Assembly (NCBI RefSeq): GCF_003018255.1
Contig: NZ_CP027440.1
From: Escherichia coli
Lineage (GTDB): Bacteria; Pseudomonadota; Gammaproteobacteria; Enterobacterales; Enterobacteriaceae
Direction: 5' to 3' (one strand)
Length of the DNA: 64,000 nucleotides
This document shows positions 50,188 through 64,000 of this stretch, piece by piece; position 1 is the first letter of the stretch; each line of letters opens with the position of its first letter. Position numbers and translations under genes: made by a program. The notes under the pieces were generated by a model. The model ran no database searches. It had not been told where the DNA came from and was given only the letters and a program-made list of their open reading frames with translations.

Positions 50188-52071
50188 ATGATTAAAAAAG
50201 CTTCGCTGCTGACGGCGTGTTCTGTCACAGCCTTTTCCGCTTGGGCACAGGATACCAGCCCGGATACTCTCGTTGTTACTGCTAACCGTTTTCAGCAGCC
50301 AGTAAATACTGTCCTTGCACCTACTGATATTGTTACCCGTGAGGATATTCAACGCTGGCAGTCGAAAGACCTCAACGATGTTATGAGTCATCTCCCCGGT
50401 GTAAATATCTCTCAAACTGGTGGAATGGGGACGAGTTCTTCTCTTTATGTTCGAGGCACTGAATCGCGCCATGTTTTAGTGTTGATTGACGGTGTGCCGA
50501 TGGCCCGTGCCGGTATCGACAATGCAATTGATATTAGCCAGTTCCCGGTATCACTTGTACAGCGTGTTGAATATATTCGTGGGCCGCGTTCTGCCGTTTA
50601 TGGTTCTGGTGCCATCGGAGGTGTGGTGAACATTATTACAATGAGTAATGATGAGAAAGCTCAGATCAACGCAGGAATGGGTACAAATGGTTATCAAGCC
50701 TATGATGGGGTAATAAATAAACGTTTTGGCGATACGATGGTAACAGCAGCAGGTGCTTACCAGACGACCAAAGGTTTTAACATTCAGCCTGGCTCACCAT
50801 ACAGTGGTGATAGCGATCGCGATGGATATCGCAACAAACTTTTCTGGGGGGGGCTGCAGCATAAGTTTAACGATAACTTCTCGGGGTTCTTCCGTGGTTA
50901 CAGCTACACAGCTAATAATGATTACGACCAGGGCTCGATGTATGGTTCTGCTACTGGCAACGAAGAAGCTCAGAATTACAACCAGTCCTGGGATACTGGC
51001 CTACGCTATAACTCCGGCATCTATTCGTCTCAGTTAATTGCTAACTATCAACGACTCAAGAATTATAACTACACAAATAATCTTGGTCGTTATGCGGGAG
51101 ATGCCACCCTGGATGACATGGAACAGCGTTATATTCAGTGGGGTAATAGCATTGAGGTAGGGCATGGTGCAATTAGCGGCGGGATCGATTGGAAACAGGA
51201 AAAACTGACGTCCAGCAGCATTACAAAATCAGATGATTACGAACGCGATACCACCGGGTTATACCTGACTGGACAGCAACAGATTTCCAATGTGACTTTG
51301 GAAGCTTCTGGCCGAGAAGATCATGATGAACAGTTTGGCTGGCATGGTACCTGGCAGACAGCTGCTGGCTGGGAGTTTATTGATGGCTACCAGGCAACAC
51401 TTTCTTACGGTACCAGTTTTCTTTCGCCTTCTCTTGGACAGCAATACGGGGCTGCTCGCTTTGCTTCAATTTATGGTCCTGGTATTGCAGCCAACCCAAA
51501 TTTGAAGCCAGAAGAATCTAAACAGTGGGAGATTGGAATTGAGGGGGTAACTGGGACTCTGGATTGGCGGCTCTCAGGATATCGTTATGAAATTCAGAAC
51601 CTGATTGATTATAAAAGCATAAATAATGTCAACCAGTACATTAATGTGAAATCAGCCACGATTAAAGGGCTGGAATGGACGGGAAATATTACAACCGGTC
51701 CTGTTGAACATCGCTTGACGTTACAATATGTTGACCCGCGCGATGATGAAACAGATAAAGTGCTGTACCGTCGGGCAAAACAGCAGGTTAAGTACGAGTT
51801 GACTGGACAAGCTTATGGTTTCGAATGGGACGTATCTTACCAATATATAGGTCAACGATACGACAACGCTTATGACGAGACCTCTGGCTCATCACATACA
51901 GTTAAATTAGGCGGTGTGAGCTTGTGGGATCTTGCGGTTGCGTATCCGGTCACCTCTCATCTAACAGTTCGTGGTAAAATAGCCAACCTGTTCGACAAAG
52001 ATTATGAGACAGTCTATGGCTACCAAACTGCAGGACGGGAATACACCTTGTCTGGCAGCTACACCTTCTGA
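50188..52071 (+). CDS. btuB: TonB-dependent outer-membrane cobalamin receptor, divergent/mosaic allele
   Basis: Track ORF 50143..52071 trimmed to MIKKASLLTACSVTAFSAWAQDTSPDTLVVTANRF... (627 aa); TonB box DTLVVTA, C-terminal ...GSYTF; central region differs strongly from recalled K-12 BtuB. Confidence 0.9.
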   Translation: MIKKASLLTACSVTAFSAWAQDTSPDTLVVTANRFQQPVNTVLAPTDIVTREDIQRWQSKDLNDVMSHLPGVNISQTGGMGTSSSLYVRGTESRHVLVLIDGVPMARAGIDNAIDISQFPVSLVQRVEYIRGPRSAVYGSGAIGGVVNIITMSNDEKAQINAGMGTNGYQAYDGVINKRFGDTMVTAAGAYQTTKGFNIQPGSPYSGDSDRDGYRNKLFWGGLQHKFNDNFSGFFRGYSYTANNDYDQGSMYGSATGNEEAQNYNQSWDTGLRYNSGIYSSQLIANYQRLKNYNYTNNLGRYAGDATLDDMEQRYIQWGNSIEVGHGAISGGIDWKQEKLTSSSITKSDDYERDTTGLYLTGQQQISNVTLEASGREDHDEQFGWHGTWQTAAGWEFIDGYQATLSYGTSFLSPSLGQQYGAARFASIYGPGIAANPNLKPEESKQWEIGIEGVTGTLDWRLSGYRYEIQNLIDYKSINNVNQYINVKSATIKGLEWTGNITTGPVEHRLTLQYVDPRDDETDKVLYRRAKQQVKYELTGQAYGFEWDVSYQYIGQRYDNAYDETSGSSHTVKLGGVSLWDLAVAYPVTSHLTVRGKIANLFDKDYETVYGYQTAGREYTLSGSYTF

Positions 52072-52873
52072 ACCACGTCCCACCGTGCTGGTGTTTGACT
52101 CCGGCGTCGGTGGGTTGTCGGTCTATGACGAGATCCGGCATCTCTTACCGGATCTCCATTACATTTATGCTTTCGATAACGTCGCTTTCCCGTATGGCGA
52201 AAAAAGCGAAGAGTTTATTGTTGAGCGAGTGGTGGCAATTGTCACCGCAGTGCAAGAACGTTATCCCCTTGCGCTGGCTGTGGTCGCTTGCAACACCGCC
52301 AGTACCGTTTCACTTCCTGCATTACGCGAAAAGTTCGACTTCCCGGTTGTTGGTGTCGTGCCGGCGATTAAACCTGCTGCACGTCTGACGGCAAATGGCA
52401 TTGTCGGATTACTGGCAACCCGCGGAACTGTTAAACGTTCTTATACTCATGAGCTGATCGCGCGTTTCGCTAATGAATGCCAGATAGAAATGCTGGGCTC
52501 GGCAGAGATGGTCGAGTTGGCTGAAGCGAAGCTGCATGGCGAAGATGTTTCTCTGGATGCGCTAAAACGTATCTTGCGTCCGTGGTTAAGAATGAAAGAG
52601 CCGCCAGATACCGTTGTACTGGGGTGTACCCATTTCCCTCTACTACAAGAAGAACTGTTACAGGTGCTGCCAGAGGGAACCCGGCTGGTGGATTCTGGCG
52701 CAGCGATTGCTCGCCGAACGGCCTGGCTGTTAGAACATGAAGCCCCGGATGCAAAATCTGCCGATGCGAATATTGCCTTTTGTATGGCAATGACGCCAGA
52801 AGCTGAACAATTATTGCCCGTTTTACAGCGTTACGGCTTCGAAACGCTCGAAAAACTGGCAGTTCTAGGCTGA
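52016..52873 (+). CDS. murI: Glutamate racemase
   Basis: Track ORF 52004..52873 trimmed to MATKLQDGNTPCLAATPSEPRPTVLVFDSGVGGLSVY... (285 aa); 5' end overlaps btuB 3' end by 56 nt. Confidence 0.9.
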   Translation: MATKLQDGNTPCLAATPSEPRPTVLVFDSGVGGLSVYDEIRHLLPDLHYIYAFDNVAFPYGEKSEEFIVERVVAIVTAVQERYPLALAVVACNTASTVSLPALREKFDFPVVGVVPAIKPAARLTANGIVGLLATRGTVKRSYTHELIARFANECQIEMLGSAEMVELAEAKLHGEDVSLDALKRILRPWLRMKEPPDTVVLGCTHFPLLQEELLQVLPEGTRLVDSGAAIARRTAWLLEHEAPDAKSADANIAFCMAMTPEAEQLLPVLQRYGFETLEKLAVLG

Positions 52874-52895
52874 TTTGGTTGAATGTTGCGCGGTC

Positions 52896-53064
52896 AGAAA
52901 ATTATTTTAAATTTCCTCTTGTCAGGCCGGAATAACTCCCTATAATGCGCCACCACTGACACGGAACAACGGCAAACACGCCGCCGGGTCAGCGGGGTTC
53001 TCCTGAGAATCTCAACAGAGAAAAGCAAAAAAATGCTTGACTCTGTAGCGGGAAAGCGTATTAT
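52896..53064 (+). promoter_or_regulatory. rRNA operon tandem promoters P1 (with UP element) and P2
   Basis: P1: A/T-rich UP element, -35 TTGTCA (52919-52924), -10 TATAAT (52941-52946). P2: -35 TTGACT (53036-53041), -10 TATTAT (53059-53064). boxA-like tgctctttaacaa at 53102-53114. Confidence 0.8.
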
Positions 53065-53245
53065 GCACACCCCGCGCCGCTGAGAAAAAGCGAAGCGGCA
53101 CTGCTCTTTAACAATTTATCAGACAATCTGTGTGGGCACTCGAAGATACGGATTCTTAACGTCGCAAGACGAAAAATGAATACCAAGTCTCAAGAGTGAA
53201 CACGTAATTCATTACGAAGTTTAATTCTTTGAGCATCAAACTTTT

Positions 53246-54787
<1,542 letters not shown>

Positions 54788-54872
54788 CCTTAAAGAAGCG
54801 TACTTTGCAGTGCTCACACAGATTGTCTGATAGAAAGTGAAAAGCAAGGCGTCTTGCGAAGCAGACTGATAC

Positions 54873-54948
54873 GTCCCCTTCGTCTAGAGGCCCAGGACAC
54901 CGCCCTTTCACGGCGGTAACAGGGGTTCGAATCCCCTAGGGGACGCCA
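54873..54948 (+). tRNA. gltT: tRNA-Glu (UUC) in the 16S-23S spacer
   Basis: GTCCCCTTCGTCTAGAGGCCCAGGACACCGCCCTTTCACGGCGGTAACAGGGGTTCGAATCCCCTAGGGGACGCCA. Confidence 0.95.
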
Positions 54949-55132
54949 CTTGCTGGTTTGTGAGTGAAAGTCACCTGCCTTAGTATCTCAAAACTCATCT
55001 TCGGGTGATGTTTGAGATATTTGCTCTTTAAAAATCTGGATCAAGCTGAAAATTGAAACACTGAACAACGAAAGTTGTTCGTGAGTCTCTCAAATTTTCG
55101 CAACTCTGAAGTGAAACATCTTCGGGTTGTGA

Positions 55133-58036
<2,904 letters not shown>

Positions 58037-58129
58037 ACAACGCCGAAGATGTTTTGGCGGATGAGAGAAGATTTTCAGCCTGATACAGATTAAATTAACC
58101 GGCGACAAGCGGGTTAATAAAACAGAATT

Positions 58130-58249
58130 TGCCTGGCGGCCGTAGCGCGGTGGCCCCACCTGACCCCATGCCGAACTCAGAAGTGAAACGCCGTAGCGCC
58201 GATGGTAGTGTGGGGTCTCCCCATGCGAGAGTAGGGAACTGCCAGGCAT
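58130..58249 (+). rRNA. rrfB: 5S ribosomal RNA
   Basis: TGCCTGGCGGCCGTAGCGCGGTGGCCCCACCTGACCCCATGCCGAACTCAG...GGGAACTGCCAGGCAT; 120 nt. Confidence 0.95.
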
Positions 58250-58261
58250 CAAATTAAGCAG

Positions 58262-58296
58262 AAGGCCCAGTCGGAAGACTGGGCCTTTTTGCGTTT
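58262..58296 (+). terminator. rRNA operon Rho-independent terminator (single copy)
   Basis: Hairpin ggcccagtc-ggaa-gactgggcc followed by ttttt, immediately after the 5S gene. Confidence 0.75.
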
Positions 58297-58383
58297 CTAC
58301 AAACTCTTCCTGTCATCATATCTACAAGCCATCCCCCCGCAGATACGGTAAACTAGCCTCGTTTTTGCATCAGGAAAGCAGCT

Positions 58384-59412
58384 ATGAACCACTCCTTAAA
58401 ACCCTGGAACACATTTGGCATTGATCATAATGCTCAGCACATTGTATGTGCCGAAGACGAACAACAACTACTCAATGCCTGGCAGCATGCAACCGCAAAA
58501 GGACAATCCGTTCTTATTCTGGGTGAAGGAAGTAATGTACTTTTTCTGGAAGACTATCGCGGTACGGTGATCATCAACCGGATCAAAGGTATCGAAATTC
58601 ATGATGAACCTGATGCGTGGTATTTACATGTAGGAGCCGGAGAAAACTGGCATCGCCTGGTAAAATACACTTTGCAGGAAGGTATGCCTGGTCTGGAAAA
58701 TCTGGCATTAATTCCTGGTTGTATCGGCTCATCACCTATCCAGAATATTGGTGCTTATGGCGTAGAATTACAGCGAGTTTGCGCTTATGTTGATTGTGTT
58801 GAACTGGCGACAGGCAAGCAAGTACGCTTAACTGCCAAAGAGTGCCGTTTTGGCTATCGAGACAGTATTTTTAAACATGAATACCAGGATCGCTTCGCCA
58901 TTGTAGCCGTAGGTCTGCGTCTGCCAAAAGAGTGGCAACCTGTACTGACGTATGGTGACTTAACTCGCCTGGATCCTTCAACGGTAACGCCACAGCAAGT
59001 ATTTGATGCGGTGTGTCATATGCGCACCACCAAACTCCCTGATCCAAAAGTGAACGGTAATGCGGGTAGTTTCTTCAAAAATCCTGTTGTTTCTGCCGAA
59101 ACTGCTAACGCGTTGTTGGCACAATTTCCAACAGCCCCACATTACCCCCAGGTGGATGGTTCAGTAAAACTGGCTGCAGGTTGGCTTATTGATCAGTGCC
59201 AGCTTAAAGGGACGCAAATTGGTGGGGCTGCGGTACACCGTCAACAGGCGCTGGTTCTCATAAATGAGCACGATGCAAAAAGCGAAGATGTTGTACAGCT
59301 GGCGCATCATGTAAGACAAAAAGTGGGTGAAAAATTTAATGTCTGGCTTGAGCCTGAAGTCCGCTTTATTGGTGCATCAGGTGAAGTGAGCGCAGTGGAG
59401 ACAATTTCATGA
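58384..59412 (+). CDS. murB: UDP-N-acetylenolpyruvoylglucosamine reductase
   Basis: 342-aa [36 protein letters not shown]... Confidence 0.95.
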   Translation: MNHSLKPWNTFGIDHNAQHIVCAEDEQQLLNAWQHATAKGQSVLILGEGSNVLFLEDYRGTVIINRIKGIEIHDEPDAWYLHVGAGENWHRLVKYTLQEGMPGLENLALIPGCIGSSPIQNIGAYGVELQRVCAYVDCVELATGKQVRLTAKECRFGYRDSIFKHEYQDRFAIVAVGLRLPKEWQPVLTYGDLTRLDPSTVTPQQVFDAVCHMRTTKLPDPKVNGNAGSFFKNPVVSAETANALLAQFPTAPHYPQVDGSVKLAAGWLIDQCQLKGTQIGGAAVHRQQALVLINEHDAKSEDVVQLAHHVRQKVGEKFNVWLEPEVRFIGASGEVSAVETIS

Positions 59413-60374
59413 AGGATAACACCGTGCCACTGAAATTGATCGCCCTGTTAGCGAATGGCGAATTTCACTCTGGCGAGCAGTTGGGTGAAACGCTGGGAAT
59501 GAGCCGGGCGGCTATTAATAAACACATTCAGACACTGCGTGACTGGGGCGTTGATGTATTTACTGTTCCGGGTAAAGGATACAGCTTGCCCGAGCCAATC
59601 CAGTTACTTAATGCCGAAAAGATATTGAGTCAGCTGGATGACGGCAGTGTAGCCGTGCTGCCAGTTATTGACTCCACGAATCAGTATCTCCTGGACCGCA
59701 TCGGAGAGCTTAAATCTGGCGATGCCTGTGTTGCAGAATACCAGCATGCTGGCCGTGGTCGTCGTGGTCGGAAATGGTTTTCGCCTTTTGGCGCGAACTT
59801 ATATTTGTCGATGTTCTGGCGTCTGGAACAGGGCCCGGCGGCGGCGATTGGTTTAAGTCTGGTTATCGGTATCGTGATGGCGGAAGTATTACGCAAGCTG
59901 GGTGCAGATAAAGTTCGTGTTAAATGGCCTAATGACCTCTATCTGCAGGATCGCAAGCTGGCAGGCATTCTTGTGGAGCTGACTGGCAAAACCGGCGATG
60001 CGGCGCAAATAGTCATTGGTGCAGGGATCAACATGGCAATGCGTCGTGTTGAAGAGAGTGTCGTTAATCAAGGGTGGATCACGCTGCAGGAAGCCGGGAT
60101 CAATCTCGATCGTAATACTCTTGCGGCCATGCTGATACGTGAATTACGCGCGGCGCTGGAACTCTTCGAGCAAGAAGGATTGACACCTTATCTTTCGCGC
60201 TGGGAAAAGTTGGATAATTTTATTAATCGCCCAGTGAAACTTATCATTGGTGATAAAGAAATATTTGGCATTTCACGCGGAATAGACAAACAGGGTGCTT
60301 TATTACTTGAGCAGGATGGAATAATAAAACCCTGGATGGGCGGTGAAATATCCCTGCGTAGTGCAGAAAAATAA
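59409..60374 (+). CDS. birA: Biotin-protein ligase / biotin operon repressor
   Basis: 321-aa [50 protein letters not shown]...; ATGA overlap with the murB stop. Confidence 0.95.
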   Translation: MKDNTVPLKLIALLANGEFHSGEQLGETLGMSRAAINKHIQTLRDWGVDVFTVPGKGYSLPEPIQLLNAEKILSQLDDGSVAVLPVIDSTNQYLLDRIGELKSGDACVAEYQHAGRGRRGRKWFSPFGANLYLSMFWRLEQGPAAAIGLSLVIGIVMAEVLRKLGADKVRVKWPNDLYLQDRKLAGILVELTGKTGDAAQIVIGAGINMAMRRVEESVVNQGWITLQEAGINLDRNTLAAMLIRELRAALELFEQEGLTPYLSRWEKLDNFINRPVKLIIGDKEIFGISRGIDKQGALLLEQDGIIKPWMGGEISLRSAEK

Positions 60375-60402
60375 GAAAGGGGAGCATTAACTCCCCTTTA
60401 AA

Positions 60403-61353
60403 TTATTTGCGTAGTCTGACCTCTTCTACTGCATGATTAGCACTTTTCGTCAGGATTAAACTGGCACGCTCGCGAGTAGGTAGAATATTTTGCTTTAAGT
60501 TCAGCCAGTTGATCTCTTTCCACAATGTCATGGCAGTCTTAATAGCTTCTTCTTTAGTTAATTTCGCGTAGTTATGAAAATAGGAATCCGGGTCTGTAAA
60601 AGCCCCTTCGCGGAATTTCAGAAAACGGTTGATATACCACGTCTGAAGTAAGTCTTCCGGTGCATCAACATATATCGAAAAATCGACAAAATCAGAAACA
60701 AATACATGATGTGGATCGTGTGGATAATCCATCCCGCTCTGTAAGACATTTAACCCTTCAAGAATTAAAATATCAGGCTGAACAACAGTTTTATCTCCAT
60801 CCGGGATCACATCATAAATAAGATGCGAGTAAACAGGGGCTGTAACGTTTGGCACGCCGGATTTGAGATCGGAAACAAACTTCACCAGGCGATGCATATC
60901 ATACGATTCCGGGAAGCCTTTCTTCTTCATCAGACCACGTTCTTTCAGAACCTGATTAGGGTGAAGGAAGCCATCTGTAGTGATCAGTTCAACACGACGA
61001 TGTTCCGGCCAACGGCTTAATAGCGCCTGCAATACACGGGCGGTTGTACTTTTCCCCACCGCGACACTACCAGCAATACTGATAATGTAAGGAATGCGTT
61101 GCCCGTTGGTACCAAGAAACTGTTCCAGAACTGCCTGACGGCGCAGATTCGAGCTTATATAGAAGTTCAGCAAACGTGACAGAGGTAAATAGATCTCGGC
61201 AACTTCTTCTAACGAGAGATCTTCATTAATACCTTTGAGACGGGCGATCTCATCTTCCGATAACGTCATAGGTACGGAATCACGCAGAGCTGCCCACTGG
61301 TTGCGGTCAAACTGTAGGTAAGGCGTCATTAACGTTTGCTCTTTTATACTCAT
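60403..61353 (-). CDS. coaA: Pantothenate kinase (type I)
   Basis: Track ORF 60403..61359 trimmed to [24 protein letters not shown]... (316 aa); P-loop GSVAVGKST. Confidence 0.9.
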
Positions 61354-61714
61354 AAGCATGTTTCAGGCGGTCATAGCTCTATCGGCAAAGCGATATTTGC
61401 CATGGCGCGTCACAGTTCTGTTGAATGGGTTAATGGGCAGGAGGGTAACACCAGATGGGGAGGAATAATAAGAAAAAATCTCTCCCAGGAAGCTATCGTT
61501 GAAAAGCAATGTGACAGATATTCCATCTGATAAAAAGAATTATGGTTTAGCAGGAGCACATTGTTGAGCACAATGATGTTGAAAAAGTGTGCTAATCTGC
61601 CCTCCGTTCGGCTGTTTCTTCATCGTGTCGCATAAAATGTGACCAATAAAACAAATTATGCAATTTTTTAGTTGCATGAACTCGCATGTCTCCATAGAAT
61701 GCGCGCTACTTGAT

Positions 61715-61790
<76 letters not shown>

Positions 61791-61798
61791 TCAAGTCC

Positions 61799-61883
<85 letters not shown>

Positions 61884-61999
61884 ATTTCGGCCACGCGATG
61901 GCGTAGCCCGAGACGATAAGTTCGCTTACCGGCTCGAATAAAGAGAGCTTCTCTCGATATTCAGTGCAGAATGAAAATCAGGTAGCCGAGTTCCAGGAT

Positions 62000-62074
<75 letters not shown>

Positions 62075-62080
62075 AGATGT

Positions 62081-62156
62081 GCTGATATAGCTCAGTTGGT
62101 AGAGCGCACCCTTGGTAAGGGTGAGGTCGGCAGTTCGAATCTGCCTATCAGCACCA
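62081..62156 (+). tRNA. thrT: tRNA-Thr (GGU)
   Basis: GCTGATATAGCTCAGTTGGTAGAGCGCACCCTTGGTAAGGGTGAGGTCGGCAGTTCGAATCTGCCTATCAGCACCA. Confidence 0.95.
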
Positions 62157-62234
62157 CTTCTTTTCTCCTCCCTGTTTTTTCCTTCTGTTTATTGCATTCA
62201 ACAAGTCGGGCATGTTGCCTGGTTGATGTGGTGA

Positions 62235-63455
<1,221 letters not shown>

Positions 63456-63485
63456 TTGCCGATAACATTTGACGCAATGCGCACT

Positions 63486-63513
63486 AAAAGGGCATCATTT
63501 GATGCCCTTTTTG
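63486..63513 (+). terminator. Rho-independent terminator after tufB
   Basis: Hairpin gggcatcatttgatgccc followed by ttttt. Confidence 0.7.
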
Positions 63514-63684
63514 CACGCTTTCGTACCAGAACCTGGCTCATCAGTGATTTTCTTTGTCATAATCATTGCTGAGACAGGCTCTGTTGAGGGCGTATAATCC
63601 GAAAAGCTAATACGCGTTTCGATTTGGTTTGCCTCGCGATCGCGGGGTGAAAATGTTTGTAGAATACTTCTGACAGGTTGGTTT

Positions 63685-64000
63685 ATGAGTGCGAATACCG
63701 AAGCTCAAGGAAGCGGGCGCGGCCTGGAAGCGATGAAGTGGGTCGTTGTGGTGGCATTGCTCCTGGTAGCGATTGTCGGCAACTACCTTTATCGCGACAT
63801 TATGCTGCCGCTGCGTGCGCTGGCCGTAGTAATTCTGATTGCTGCAGCGGGTGGTGTCGCGCTGTTAACGACAAAAGGTAAAGCAACCGTTGCTTTTGCC
63901 CGTGAAGCGCGTACCGAAGTCCGTAAGGTCATTTGGCCGACTCGCCAGGAAACATTGCACACCACGCTGATTGTGGCTGCGGTTACCGCAGTAATGTCAC
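63685..64000 (+). CDS. secE: Protein translocase subunit SecE (3' end beyond window)
   Basis: ATG at 63685 opens [49 protein letters not shown]... running to the window end; the track ORF 63678..63881 is in a different frame. Confidence 0.85.

Noticed and set aside
49894-50472. 192-aa minus-strand ORF spanning the btuB leader and 5' end
   Set aside because: Overlaps the btuB riboswitch leader and signal-peptide region antisense; no support.
61884-61999. 116-bp tyrU-glyT spacer as a possible small ORF or processed RNA
   Set aside because: No ORF with start and RBS and no clear secondary-structure signature; treated as ordinary inter-tRNA spacer.
63678-63881. 67-aa plus-strand track ORF at the secE locus
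   Set aside because: Wrong frame; the genuine secE frame starts at ATG 63685 and reads [15 protein letters not shown]...

Overview
This window reads as an Escherichia coli-like chromosomal segment. Working from memory of the K-12 gene order, the backbone is cytR(partial)-priA-rpmE-yiiX-metJ-metB-metL-metF-katG-yijE-yijF-gldA-fsaB-ptsA-frwC-frwB-pflD-pflC-frwD-yijO-eptC-ppc-argE-argC-argB-argH-oxyS-oxyR-sthA-fabR-yijD-trmA-btuB-murI-rrn operon (16S, tRNA-Glu, 23S, 5S)-murB-birA-coaA-thrU-tyrU-glyT-thrT-tufB-secE(partial). Gene starts were re-derived by eye, because the ORF track uses the longest GTG/TTG/ATG extension and many entries carry spurious N-terminal extensions. Two accessory insertions interrupt the backbone. 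The first (about 7.5 kb, between metL and metF) is the best candidate for an undescribed system: a Tsx-family outer-membrane nucleoside channel paralog, three exported UshA-family 5'-nucleotidase paralogs, and a cytoplasmic cysteine-rich protein I could not place in any family. The second (about 3 kb, between argH and oxyS) carries an RspA/ManD-like dehydratase and an MFS transporter. btuB looks like a mosaic allele with a highly divergent core, and the rrn operon ends in a single terminator rather than the K-12 T1-T2 pair. No CRISPR array, integrase or recognisable IS element was found. Identities rest on reading the translations and recalled reference sequences; no database search was run.
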